Shown here piece by piece: positions 12,490 to 25,101 of a stretch of DNA of 64,000 nucleotides. How positions within the stretch are numbered: the stretch's first letter is position 1; the number at the start of each line of letters is the position of its first letter. The notes beneath the pieces are model-generated. The model searched no databases and had not been told where the DNA came from. It saw only the letters and a list, made by a program, of their open reading frames with translations. Source of the DNA: Octopus bimaculoides (taxonomy: Eukaryota); contig NC_068982.1 in assembly GCF_001194135.2 (NCBI RefSeq), positions 28,797,349-28,861,348 on the forward strand, written 5' to 3'. Made by a program: the position numbers and the translations under genes.

Positions 12490-13806
12490 ATTTGGAAGTT
12501 AAGGACAAGACGCGACTTCGTTAAAATAGTCCTTCGCAAGACTCCGCATCCGACCCCGAGAGGCACAGCAGCCCGGAAAGAAAGTCCTCGAGGATTCCCC
12601 ACCATCAGGACCGCCGTCACCCCCGAACAGCTGGGCGAAGTACTCCCGAAATGCCTCAAACATTTCCTCGGGTTCGTTTACCAAGACACCATTCTGATTC
12701 GTCATAGACCGAATAGTGGAACTATTTCGTTGTCGAGCTACCGCCACTCGGGCCCATCCAGGGGCCTTGATTCCTTCACTTCCCATCGCACATAACTTAG
12801 CTCTGGTAATACTTCCATGTGTTGGGCTTCAAGATGCTGGTTCAACTCCAGTCTCTTCACCTTCACTTCGTCCGCATTACCAGTTCTGCGGGCTTCTTCT
12901 AGTTCCTTAACTAAACCATCTCTTTTCGTAATAGACTCATATATTATGGCTCTTTCTAGGGCGTACCACCATTTCTCATTAATGATGGAACCTGTCAATG
13001 CCCCTTGTATTAACATCTCGATCCGCTTTCTGTCATCCTCAATCACCAAAAGGGACGTAGTTAGTTTCCGGTAGCCAGGTCCCTGTCTGTGCAACTTATC
13101 TACTGTCAGTTTACAGGTAACCATCTTGTGATCACTGTAGGTGACTAGATAAAACTGTGGACACTTCACTATGGACTTATCTTTTGTTCTAATTAAAACC
13201 TCATTCTGGAAGACCCGTCACTATTTGACCACGTCCACTGTGGAGTTTCAGGTGTTCCAACCTATATGGATCTGCTAGCTGAAAGTGACGTAGCAGATCT
13301 CGTATGCCAGGGTTACATTTTCTATTCATGTTCGAGCCAACACAATCTGTGTGTGCGTCACAGATTGTGTTAAAATCTCCTATCAGTACTAGCAAACGCG
13401 ACGTGGCCAGGAACTTGCCCAGGTCACGAAAATATTCACTTTGCGGGCCCATAACTTTGGGTGCATAAATTCCAACCAGCCTGATTATCTTGCCACAACT
13501 GAATGTTAGGTCGAGGACCACCAACCTGCCTTCTGGATCAGAAAAAAACAACTTTTTCTCGGCTATCCGGTTTCTTTTTAGCAGGACCAACACCCTACCA
13601 TCACCTCCCGCCCGACTCGGAGAAACGTATTTCTCGTAGCCGTTCAAGAGGGGGAGCAGATCTCTTGGTCCCTTCACCCGGGTTTCCGTTGCAACAATCA
13701 CATCTAATTTTCTTGACCTGATGTCATTTAGGAAGTGCCCTTGCTTCCAGCTAGACCTCAGGCCATGAAAATTTACACAACCAATGTGAATAGACAATAC
13801 TTACAT
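12490..13806 (-). mobile_element. Tx1/L1-clade LINE ORF2 N-terminal fragment (AP endonuclease and linker), disrupted
   Basis: GCVNFHGL, VIVATET, VGIYAP, LIGDFN, SDHKMV, GPGYRKLTTSLL and EAFREYFAQLF across frameshifted ORFs 13201-13797, 12738-13169 and 12499-12786; in-frame ATG-TAA at 13806-13801; no RT domain. Confidence 0.9.
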
Positions 13807-14332
13807 ATTTAATCCAGAGTGTCCTGTGGAGACGGACTCTCCTCCTTTTCTTGACATACAGTCGGAGGTGGCTATGAATTTTAATGTTGTGCTTGATATT
13901 TCAATGGAAGAATGTGTTACGTTTTTCGTTAACGGACTCCTTAAATGCCAGATATTCCAGGTATGTTTAAATCATTTGTTATTTTGTATAATCGGTGGTA
14001 GGGCTGGCTGAAGGCACTGGAAAATTGGGGATTCATCCTGTGCACCTGGGACATGTCATTTTTTATAACACTGTATATGAGACAGAAGCTTAAGTACGTT
14101 GAAGATTAGAAAAGCATTTACTGCCGTCCATGATACAAGACAAATTGAATTCTCTGGTAATTTTGTCAACAGAAAATTATCGTGTAAAAGAAAAGATAAA
14201 GCAAGATCGATTATACCAAGTGTTATAACACTTAAAGTCAAGAAAAATGTATTTTAATCGTTATTTGAAGAAAGCTCGTTATATCTATAAGAAATCAGCA
14301 ACACCTTTCGGACTCTCTCACACACACACGAA

Positions 14333-14384
14333 CACGCGCGCACACAAACACGCGCGCACACAAACACGCGCGCACACAAACACA
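14333..14384. repeat. 16-bp minisatellite (CACGCGCGCACACAAA) x~3
   Basis: Direct reading. Confidence 0.85.
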
Positions 14385-15377
14385 TGCTAATACTGAACTC
14401 AGAGTTTATTTTAACAAGAATGCTTCGAAATTATTGCTTGTAATATAGACATGGTATATTTCTCTCGCCTAATAATAATAATGTAAGTATTTGAAAGTTT
14501 CATGCTGTGTTTGAACTGCTGTCTTTACCTCATATATTGTAATAAACAATATACTTTTACATTTGGTGTTCTCCTTGCATGACATGAAAATCGAACCTAC
14601 AGAAAATTTGTCATTGGGATCTGAATCCATAGGCACGAAAGTAAAATGAGAATATGATATGCAATTCCCTTTCTGTGACTAGAACAGTTAAAGCTCTGGT
14701 TGCTTTACCGTTACTGGATTCAGCTTCATGCTCGGATTATTTCAGAAACAAAGAAATGATTGCTTTAAAATTTAAACGATTAGGTAAAGACACGAAATAG
14801 TAATTCTATCAGCTTTGCTCCAAAATGGCCGAAAAAATTAAAAAGCAATACTCTTTGTCTTACCATAAGCAATTGTACGTTATGTTTCTGAATACAAATG
14901 TGTTTCAGGCAAAATTAACAACAATACATGAATCATCGAGGGAACATCTACCTGATGGATCAATCGATCTGCTAGAAATACAAATCAAATCTCCTTCAAA
15001 CCATATCCTACTCTCTTAAAATATGGCGTTCACATTTGCAATGTAATCGAAATTCGGTTTGTTCAGTCTCCCCAGCAACCCCATAGTCTGTCCTATTCAA
15101 TGGTATTACCAAATGAGGAAATCTACTGCCGCTACATTCGTTAAGTCATGATCAAATTTAAGTGAGAATCAGTTGGTCATTTTCTTGGTTTCAGCCTTTC
15201 GATTAAGGCACGGCCGCGAAATTAATTCCGTGATCTTTTATTTTTTTAATATTATCATTTTTCCTGAATAATTTCTGTTAATTCCTTGCCTCAAATCAGT
15301 TCTAACTTGATTGCACAAAAGTAGGTTAATGGGTGTCTAACACATTGTAATCCGAAATATCCATAACTATAACTAGG

Positions 15378-16033
15378 GGATCTATTTTAAAACGGGGGCA
15401 TCAGTTTTCATTTATGTTTTATGTAGTGTTTTTGGTACCGAAAGACTTTCAAACTTCGTATACTTATCTATTTTGTGTTATAGAACAGAACAACATTTTT
15501 GTATTCGAATTTATTTCATGTAAAAAATTGTCTTATTTCGATAATTTCTACTAATCACTGGCGTCTATTCAGTTGAAAACAGTTAGCGCTGTAACGGTCT
15601 ATATCGTATTAATCCCTTAACCCTAACCCTAATCCTAACTAGACTGTTAACCGTAACCGTAACCCTAACCCTAAAACTAACCCTAACTCTAGAATCCGAA
15701 CTCTAAAATTATTACACACACAGATACGCACAGCGTAATTTATTATATAAACAATATATGCGTATAAATTACGATTAAACCGGATGAAATATGTCACAGG
15801 GAATAACATTTTTATGACCGCCCAGCAGTAACCCTATTCAGCTGAATAGACGTCAGTGATTGGTTGAAATTATAGAAATACGACAACTTTAATATGGAAT
15901 AACTTGCGATGTACATTTTTTTGTTAAGAAGACTAAGAGTAAAAGATGTTTTATATGACACATTCTACCAGTGTCCCAAGTTTCAAAGTGTTTCGTTAAG
16001 AAAATACTGGTGCCCCCGTTTTAAAATAGATCC
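15378..16033. mobile_element. Non-autonomous TIR transposon (656 bp), 8-bp TSD, Merlin-like or hAT
   Basis: TIR GGATCTATTTTAAAACGGGGGCA(T/C)CAGT, 28 bp with 1 mismatch; TSD TAACTAGG at 15370-15377 and 16034-16041; internal (TAACCC)-like repeats at ~15618-15690. Confidence 0.9.
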
Positions 16034-16293
16034 TAACTAGGTTGTCGTTATTTGAAAGTAGGCTGGTATTTCCAGTATCGAATTCTGTTATATTTTAGAA
16101 ACTAACCGGGTTTCTAGCAAATAATAAACTTAGATATTTCTTTCAGCTGAGTAATATCAAATAGCTCTACTTTTGGCTAATGTTAAATCTGAGTATCTAT
16201 TTTACATTAGACTGAAATATCTGTGAGATTAAATTCTGATATATGGCATTATAATGGTGAATCTTAGCATAATTAAATGTGATAAAGCTTCTT

Positions 16294-16668
16294 AATATTT
16301 GTTTCAAATTTTGACACAAGGCCAGCAGTTTCAGGAAAGGGGCTATGTCGATTACATCAATCCCAGAGTTCAAATGCTTCTTAGTTTAGCGATCCAGAAA
16401 AAATGAAAGGCAATGTCAACTCAGGTGGAATTTGAACTCAGAACGTAAAGTCGGATGAAATGCCACTAAGCATTTTGCCCGGCGTGCTAACGATTCTGCC
16501 AGCTCGCCGCCTTAAGTTTCTTAATATTGGTTTCGAATTTTGGCACAAGGCCAGCAATTTCAGGGAAGAGGGTAAGTCGATTACATCGATCATAGTACTC
16601 AACTGGCACTTATTTTATCGACCCGATAGGATGAAAGGCAAAGTCGAACTGGGCGGAATAAAACTTCT
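16294..16668 (-). mobile_element. Two tandem SINE D copies (D3 tail); the second lacks a head
   Basis: 16294-16514 is full length; 16523-16668 is truncated. Confidence 0.85.
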
Positions 16669-16910
16669 TAATATTAAACTCAGGTGCAAATATTTAATAA
16701 GAATTTACGAATTCGTGATTAATCATATACTTGTTGTTGTTTAGTCTCTGATCAAACTTGATTAAACACACAATCAAAAACTTTCAATTCACGATCACCA
16801 CTACTTTATGTCTATCAGAGTCTACATTGTTTAATGTGAATTTCATATTTTATGGGCAGACTGTTTGATACGATTTGGGGGAAATTTGGCTAATATTTAT
16901 AGCTTATCGA

Positions 16911-17124
16911 AGGCGCGAGCTGGCAGAATCGTTAGCATACCGGGAGAAATGCTCAGCGGGTTTTAGTTCTCTACATTCTGAGTTCAAATTCCACCGAGGC
17001 CGACCTTGCCTTCCATCTTCTCTGAGTCAATAGAATAAGTACCAGTTGAGCACTCGGGTCGAGGAAATCGACTTAGCCTCTTCCCGAAATTGCTGGCCTT
17101 GTGCCAAAATTTGAAACCGATATT
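16911..17124 (+). mobile_element. SINE D copy (D3 tail)
   Basis: aggcgcgagctggcagaatcgttagc…aaattgctggccttgtgccaaaatttgaaaccgatatt. Confidence 0.88.
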
Positions 17125-17282
17125 TCTTGTTGATCGATTGGATGCCAATCCTTTTGATCTCTGAGAGCTTCCGCCTCTTTTGGTTAAAGAAGTACTTCCT
17201 TTGACCCTTCAAAATATGTTTGTGTCATGTATATAAATGCACATAAACATCACATACAACCAATAAAGTGTCTTACTTCATT

Positions 17283-17435
17283 TGAACTGCTAGAAATAGC
17301 AGCTAAATCTTTCTTAAATCACGCTTACCGTCTTAAGAAAGGACATATTAGATACAGTGATCCTGAGTTCCTTGCACATAGCGAGACTGGGAGCGTCACA
17401 GCTTGATCAAGGCTGACCTGGAGCTAATCATCATT
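17283..17435 (+). mobile_element. Repeat family F copy
   Basis: ctgctagaaatagcagctaaatc…ggctgacctggagcta; shared with other F copies. Confidence 0.55.
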
Positions 17436-18463
17436 AGCAAGAAACCATTAGATTGTGATATCCTGGATTGCTTTACTTATAATATGTTTAGAACACTGAC
17501 ACAATTGTTCACCACGTAGATTGGCGGCCTTAGAAATTGTATTGCCTGCATTTGATGAAATGTAAATATTCCAGTAAGATGAACACAACTTGATATTTAA
17601 TTTAATTGGCATTCCGTCATAACAATTCAAGCTATAAACTTTTCCGTTAGTTCGTAAAATCTGTTTTTCGCTTTTTATCACCCAATTGTTAACCCAAAGA
17701 TTAATTATATAGTTACAAAGATTGTTGAGATATTTAAAACACGAACAAGAAGATAAATTATACTAATTTTTGTAATTACGAGAATATTTTGTCTCTGCGT
17801 ATTATATATCCAGCATACGTCAACATTAAACATTTATTATTCAAATAGTTATATCAGCACTTATTGCTAAGAGAAGGCACGATCGTCATATAAAATGTTG
17901 ATTCTGCACAAATTTATTAACTATTTTGACGTAAGATTCGAAAACATGGCTGTTGTCTACAAATAATAACTATTCGTTTTTGTTATTATGAAGCATATTT
18001 TGCTCCAAAATTTGAGTTTTGCTTTGTGTCTAGGAACTCAAACATTGATTTCCAACGACTTGAAATATCAAAATCAGGTTGTTCATTAATCGTTATGAAA
18101 AATAAGTTAATATGAATAAACATGCCATGAAATTATTTATTGAAAATAATCTCCAGGAATTTGTCATATTGGAAGCACCTTGATTTTAACTTGATGCCAG
18201 TTTCAATACTCTGTTATAGCGATTTTAGCTACTAACTGAGGAAAAGTACAAATATTATATCATTCCAGTTCTACTTTGAAGCAGTAAAAAAGGGCATCGG
18301 AATTAAATAGCCTTTTCGAGTATGATCTCGTATCAAATAAAATATTCCTGGCTGACCTAGTTTCATTTTTCCAACTGCAACCGTTTCTTTTTCTTTCGGC
18401 ACTCACTATTTTGAAACAGCTTCGTTAAGCAGACAAAATATTATTTGCAATATTTTAATGAGT

Positions 18464-18729
18464 GGAGGCGCGTGGCCTAGTGGTTAGGGTGTCAGCATCA
18501 CGATCACAAGATTGTGGTTTCGATTCCTGGACCGGGCGACGCGTTGTGTTCTTGAGCAAAACACTTCATTTCACGTTTCTCCAGTCCACTCAGCTGGCAA
18601 AAATGAGTAACGCTGCGATGGACTGGCGTCCCGTCCAGCTGGGGAACACATACGCCATTGAAACCGGGAAACCGAGCCCATGAGCCTGGTTAGGCTTTAA
18701 AAGGGCGCATTTATTATTTTTTCATATAT
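18464..18729 (+). mobile_element. SINE family C with 14-bp TSD
   Basis: A-box TGGCCTAGTGGTTAG, B-box GGTTTCGATTCC; TSD ATATTTTAATGAGT at 18450-18463 and 18730-18743. Confidence 0.92.
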
Positions 18730-20328
18730 ATATTTTAATGAGTACTTGAATGAGTCAAGAGATTTCTAAAAGTTTCTCTTGTAGCCTAAAAGCGATAAAA
18801 TTATTACATTGAAAAATTCATGATCATTGAACATCACCATACAAGTTAGCTACTAAGTATATGAACATACTAGGAGAAATGCCACTGTAAAAGCGTCCAG
18901 ATTGACATAACATTGAATGTAACGTATGGCAGCTCATTGTTTACTTAATGAGGAAAAACTAATTATATAGTTATATGAAAAATAATAAATTATCAGACAA
19001 CCCATCCATCCACACACACACACACACATATAGAGGCATACCTAAACATACGTCGTTTTAAGTTACGTCTTTTTCGACTTAACGTTGTTTCTTTTCTTAA
19101 ATAGATTAATGGAAAAAAAACCCCTCTATATCAGTCGATTTATCTGGTTTTATGTCGGTTTCAACAGACATATTTACAGGTATGAACATTAAAGAAACAC
19201 CTAAAAGCCAATACTGAAGCGAGAAATCAAATGAAATGCATGAGAAAATATGTACAAACCATTTATAAAAACAGATATAAGCTAATAAAATGTTTAAAAT
19301 GTTTGTTCGTGTTGCGTCGCATGTCATAGAAATAATTACCGACGTAAGTTAAGTTATGCCTCTGTATATTTATGCTGTATACATTGCCTGAAGTACAGCA
19401 AATTTGAATCATATCCACCGTAAAAATATTAGTACCAAGAGAAAAGACTCGTTTGAAATAGGTTATAAATTAAGAAAGAAAACAACTATGATCTAGATAG
19501 ATAAGTAATCCAAATAACTGATACTATTAAATATTTAATGTATCCATTCTTATGAAATATTATGTGCTTGCGTATGTGTCTGTGTGCGTGCACAGTAAAA
19601 TATCTGAATAGTTTATTTAAAATGTATTTGTAATATATCGGAGTAGTATAAACCCATTCATTCATATCTTATAAACCGACATGAAAAAATAGCAAATATT
19701 TATTTAGAATACTTTCAACTTCCTTTTTCGTTTTCCTAGTTTTTATTTCGATAAAATCCTTTGCAAATATTTTTGTTTCAGATAAAAGTTACTACAGTCA
19801 AAGTCAGACGAGGAAAATTCCAGTCCTTAACTTAATTAGATTATACATCTCAGACAAGATATGTAAATCATGAAAGCACGTGACTTGGAAAAATGTTGCC
19901 TGCCTTACTTTACAGCAGACTCTCGCTCAGGATTTTAAATATTATCTGAATGTTAATAATGGTGTGTGAGGTTTATAGTAAAGCACAGAGGCATGTGTTC
20001 CTATAAAAAAAAAAGGAGTAGATTTTATCAAAAGAAATTTGTAGTGACTACATTTTCCAAAAATGCATGATTTGTTGATGTAATTGACTTGAGTTATTGA
20101 AAAAGTATTTTTATGTTAACCGTCCTGGTGATAACGCTGTTCTTTTCCCCTTTTAGGCACAACAAATGAGAAAACGACTAGACGAGTCCTTAAAATACTT
20201 TACTTTTTATCTTGGAGGCTCTGGTTGTAGCAAGTCACTGCTGTTAATAGCTCTTACATACACACACGTACGCGTGCATAAATACATAAACACACATGTA
20301 TATGTGTGTGCATATTTGCACACGCATG

Positions 20329-20372
<44 letters not shown>

Positions 20373-20504
20373 TACACGCACCCACATGCACATATACACA
20401 CATATAAATACACATTAGCGATTCGCTAAATCACCCATAGATTTCTATGGTGTAGACATATATACTGGCAGTGATCAACGTCCGGGAACAGCCGAGTTGG
20501 GCCG

Positions 20505-20560
20505 ATTCCACTGCAGAGGCTTCAGCAAAAAGCCCGAAACTGACGGATCAATCTCGGAAT
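20505..20560 (+). ncRNA. Decayed type I hammerhead-like motif
   Basis: AUUCCA-CUGCAGA-GGCUU…AAGCCC-GAAA-CUGA-CGGA-UCAAU-C-UCGGAAU; A6 is replaced by C, with one stem III mismatch and bulges. Confidence 0.4.
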
Positions 20561-20741
20561 ATTTCGACTGCTGTTTTTCGGGCGATTACGGTCCATTTCA
20601 ACATGTATGTACACAATTGTGTGCTTCGGCTGCAGCATTAGAGCGTTTAGCTCTTATTTCTAGCAATTTAATTGTATCTAACATCCTCAGTTGTGTCTAA
20701 TGACGGTTATAGCTTTCCTATTTGCTACACATTGCTTACTG

Positions 20742-20786
<45 letters not shown>

Positions 20787-20896
20787 CAAGTAGAGAAGAA
20801 ATATTAAAGAAAGTTAGGCTGAATGTATCACCTGAAGTTAAAGGTGATTAGATCCTCTGCATATTTCACTAGTACTTTATCAATGTCCTTTTCTAC

Positions 20897-21519
20897 TCTA
20901 GGCACAAGGCCCGAAATCTCTTTTTGAGTGGGGGAGCCAGTCGGTTAGATACTTAATTTCTCGACCCCGAGAGGATGAAAGGCAAAATCGACCACGGCGG
21001 AATTTGAACTCAGAACATAAAGACAGACGAAATATCGCTAAGTATTTCGTCCGGCCTGCTAACTTTTCTTATTTCTTTATTGCCCTCAAGGGGCTAAACA
21101 TAGAGGGGTCAAACAAGGACAGACAAAGGGATTAAGTCGATTACATCGACCCCAGTGCGTAACTAGTACTTAATTTATCGACCCCGAAAGGATGAAAGGC
21201 AAAGTCGACCTCGGCGGAATTTGAACTCAGAACGTAAAGACAGACGAAATATCGCTGAGTATTTCGTCCGGCCTGCTAACTTTTCTTATTTCTTTATTGC
21301 CCTCAAGGGGCTAAACATAGAGGGGTCAAACAAGGACAGACAAAGGGATTAAGTCGATTACATCGACCCCAGTGCGTAACTAGTACTTAATTTATCGACC
21401 CCGAAAGGATGAAAGGCAAAGTCGACCTCGGCGGAATTTGAACTCAGAACGTAAAGACAGACGAAATATCGCTGAGTATTTCGTCCGGCCTGCTAACGTT
21501 TCTGCCAGCTCGCGGCCTT
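20897..21519 (-). mobile_element. SINE D concatemer with 217-bp units
   Basis: Period 217 bp (markers at 21061, 21278, 21495); units are essentially identical. Confidence 0.92.
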
Positions 21520-22571
21520 AGTTCTTTATCAATATCAGAAGAGTGAATGGTAAAGAGATCAGCAATACTACTACTACTAATACAGCAACGACGAACTAAG
21601 TACATAGTGGTATTTAGTTACAGTCATTGACGTTCTAAGTTCAAATCAGGCGAGGTCAATCATGTTTATATTAAATCCCATTCATCATCTGCCTACATTC
21701 ATATATTCTAGTCTATATGTTATCCTGTTTGACAACCACTCCTATGAAATTAAACTATCGAGGTGATATTTATTAAACCGAATGTTTAGCTATTCATTTA
21801 CTATTCAGGCATCTGGTATTCAAAAACAGACTCATCTGAATAGTTGCTGATATAAACGTCCAGTACATACATGTCGCTATATATGTACTCACACACACAC
21901 ACACACGCACACACAAAGCATAGATGTGAGTGTATATTCTTGTAAATAATATTTATTTCATATGCGTACATAAATTCGTTCGCCCGAAACGTGAAGCGTA
22001 TGTCCATCTGCATGTATGTGTGTGTCTGAATGCATATGTGTGTGTATGTGTGCGTAGATAGCGAGATACATGTTTGTCATGGGAAACGGTGGCTATAAAC
22101 CAAAGCTGATACATCTAAGTTACGTTGTCATTAATGTATTTAAAGACATTGCCATTCAAGAAATATTCATTTTGCTTTTGAAATTATTGCACTTTTCTGC
22201 GATCCAAAAATGTTTAATTCATTCAAATTCAAATCGCTGAGCTTGAAAAAGTTGCATACATTCATTTATGACTTTAATTTGCTTGCTGTTCGTTTTTGTG
22301 TGTGTCTGTATGGTGTGTCTTAATGGCTACAATCTAATCTTTAGATCTATATCTTTGCGTACGATAAAACTATATATGTATTTAACAATTCCAAACTAAA
22401 TCTTTTCTGCGAAAGAACAACCAATAATGATTTTGTTGTTGCTGTTTAACATAAGATCACCGATGATCAAGAAAAGCCTACAATTAAAAGTGTTCCAGCG
22501 GCGACCATCCTACCCCTTATTCAGAGTTAATCCATCCAGGAGGATAATATATGATGCATTCTTCCGTACTT

Positions 22572-22608
<37 letters not shown>

Positions 22609-23524
22609 GGATGGGGTGTGAAGAAAATTGAGGCAAACTTCAGCTAGAGCCCTGTTTGTCGATTCCATGCACTCGCAGTGAACATCTGATATTGTAGTTT
22701 TGAATCTCACTTAATGTAATGAATCAAGGATTGTGGAGTGACTGTCTCGTTACTCCAGCGATTTGTTTAGAAGGTATCTTGTGAACTCAGAAAGTGCGTA
22801 CAGAATACTACATTAACACTGGATATTATCTAACTATTATTAGAACTATGATGAGTTACATTAATACATTACTCCACCTAAGAGTGTATGATCAACATTG
22901 ATCGAATAGAGGAACTGAAACGAAAGGAAACGAAAGGAAAATTGCAGAGAAGAGTTTATTAATGATGCAGGAACGAGAGTGAAGGAAGTTTTAGGAAAAG
23001 AGTAACATTGAGTGTTTGTATTTGAAGTAAAAGTGTAGAAACTCTGTTAATACTAACTCTGGTCCCAGTGAGGTGCAGAGGTGACGAACGAGATAACTAC
23101 ATAGATGATACCACACTACATTCTTCCCGAACCATACAATTCCATTGTCATCCTTATGCCATCCTGACGTTGTGAACAGGGAACTCGTGAACATCCTCCA
23201 ATGGGGTCATAAGAATCTTGGCTGAAACAATAACAACATAATTATTGTAGTTGTATGCTGTCAACTTAATGTGACAGTCCCCTGAAGGGAATAATACCAC
23301 TGTTAGTTCGACCTAGGAAGCTGCACCGCTTCCTGTCAACTACTTCATCGTATCACTACTGCATAAATCTCTCTGAGAGATTTAGAAATGTATTATTTCT
23401 ATAATTATTATAATACAGAATCACCGTACTATCAATAAGTTTGCGTTTAAGGTTCTTTATTTCAGCACATATTTTTCTTTGTTTCTCATCTACACTATAG
23501 ATTAAACAGTTTTAGCATTTTGAA

Positions 23525-23739
23525 ATAGTCTCAAATTTTGGCACACGGCCAGCAAGTTTCATGGAGGGTAAGTTGATTACATTGACCCCAGTGTTCAATA
23601 GGTACTTATTTTATCGACTCCGAAAGGAGGACCGACAATGTCGACCTCAGCGGAATTTGAACTGGGAAGGTTAAGATGGACGAAATGTCGCTAAGCATTT
23701 TGCCCTGCATGCTAACAATTCTGCCATATCACCGCCTTA
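23525..23739 (-). mobile_element. SINE D copy (D3 tail)
   Basis: Same head, core and tail as 16294-16514. Confidence 0.85.
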
Positions 23740-24215
23740 TTTAATAATAATATTCAATGTAAAATGGGTCGTGAATCTTGTTAAATTCCTACCAACCACA
23801 TAAAGTATTTCAATGCTTTCCCCTGATTATTTCCCAAATATATAGTTTTGATGTAGCTTTGCATGCTGATGACGAAATTCGTTTTCATATTTCAACTTTA
23901 GCCAATCGAAACCTTTCTTGTGAAAATTTGGATTACTGTAAGTGGTTAAAAGAAATTTAACAAGATCCTCGTTTGTTATTAGATGAAATTAAAAAGGAAA
24001 ACTTATAACAGTTATATTTCTGAAATAATATGCTGAAATAATATGCTGAATACCCAGAAAAATAATATGTGTACCAAGTAACCTAAGCTATTAACGTCTG
24101 GTGATGTTAGTTATCTAACATATCTGACAGAATTTCCCCCGTTTATAACTTGTCGGGCAACCTATCATATACCATATGTATATGTCTGATAGAAAGCATA
24201 ATGTATTTCAAGACA

Positions 24216-24253
<38 letters not shown>

Positions 24254-24595
24254 GTCAATGTATTGAAGTTGTTTTCTGTTCCAGGTCAACCTTGGCCGAA
24301 AATACTTGTGATCAAAAGCGTGAATGCATAATTTCCATATTAGGCTCGTGTGAATTAATAGTGTTGAGCAGACATTGATAATGTATATAGCTTAATTAAG
24401 AACAACCGAAAAGAATAAGAAACCAGTGGGGTTTATTTTGCTTGCCTGGGAAATATATAAATAGTTAATTATACGCCCCCGATCACATATGCGATATTAA
24501 TATTCATTTGTGTATATGTGTATATGTGTATATGTGCATGCATCTGTGATATGTACGTATATATGTATGTGTGTGTGTATGCATACGTATGCACG

Positions 24596-24695
<100 letters not shown>

Positions 24696-25101
24696 CATAA
24701 ATAAACAGGGCTTAGCATTGAGTTGCTTCTCCAACATACTGGAAATTTAGAAAATTTTAGTATGTNNNNNNNNNNNNNNNNNNNNNNNNNNNNNNNNNNN
24801 NNNNNNNNNNNNNNNNNNNNNNNNNNNNNNNNNNNNNNNNNNNNNNNNNNNNNNNNNNNNNNNNNNNNNNNNNNNNNNNNNNNNNNNNNNNNNNNNNNNN
24901 NNNNNNNNNNNNNNNNNNNNNNNNNNNNNNNNNNNNNNNNNNNNNNNNNNNNNNNNNNNNNNNNNNNNNNNNNNNNNNNNNNNNNNNNNNNNNNNNNNNN
25001 NNNNNNNNNNNNNNNNNNNNNNNNNNNNNNNNNNNNNNNNNNNNNNNNNNNNNNNNNNNNNNNNNNNNNNNNNNNNNNNNNNNNNNNNNNNNNTATATAT
25101 A

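Noticed and set aside
14056-14241. Hydrophobic 61-aa ORF as LINE ORF1 or a GPCR exon
   Set aside because: No intact zinc knuckle or recognisable motif, and no supporting splice structure.
15618-15690. Interstitial telomere or chromosome fusion scar
   Set aside because: The tract is short, degenerate and enclosed within a TIR/TSD-bounded element.
18464-18540. tRNA gene calls for SINE heads (also 26042, 48969 and 3819)
   Set aside because: A and B boxes are present, but no closing acceptor stem is evident and the sequences continue into SINE bodies, some with TSDs.
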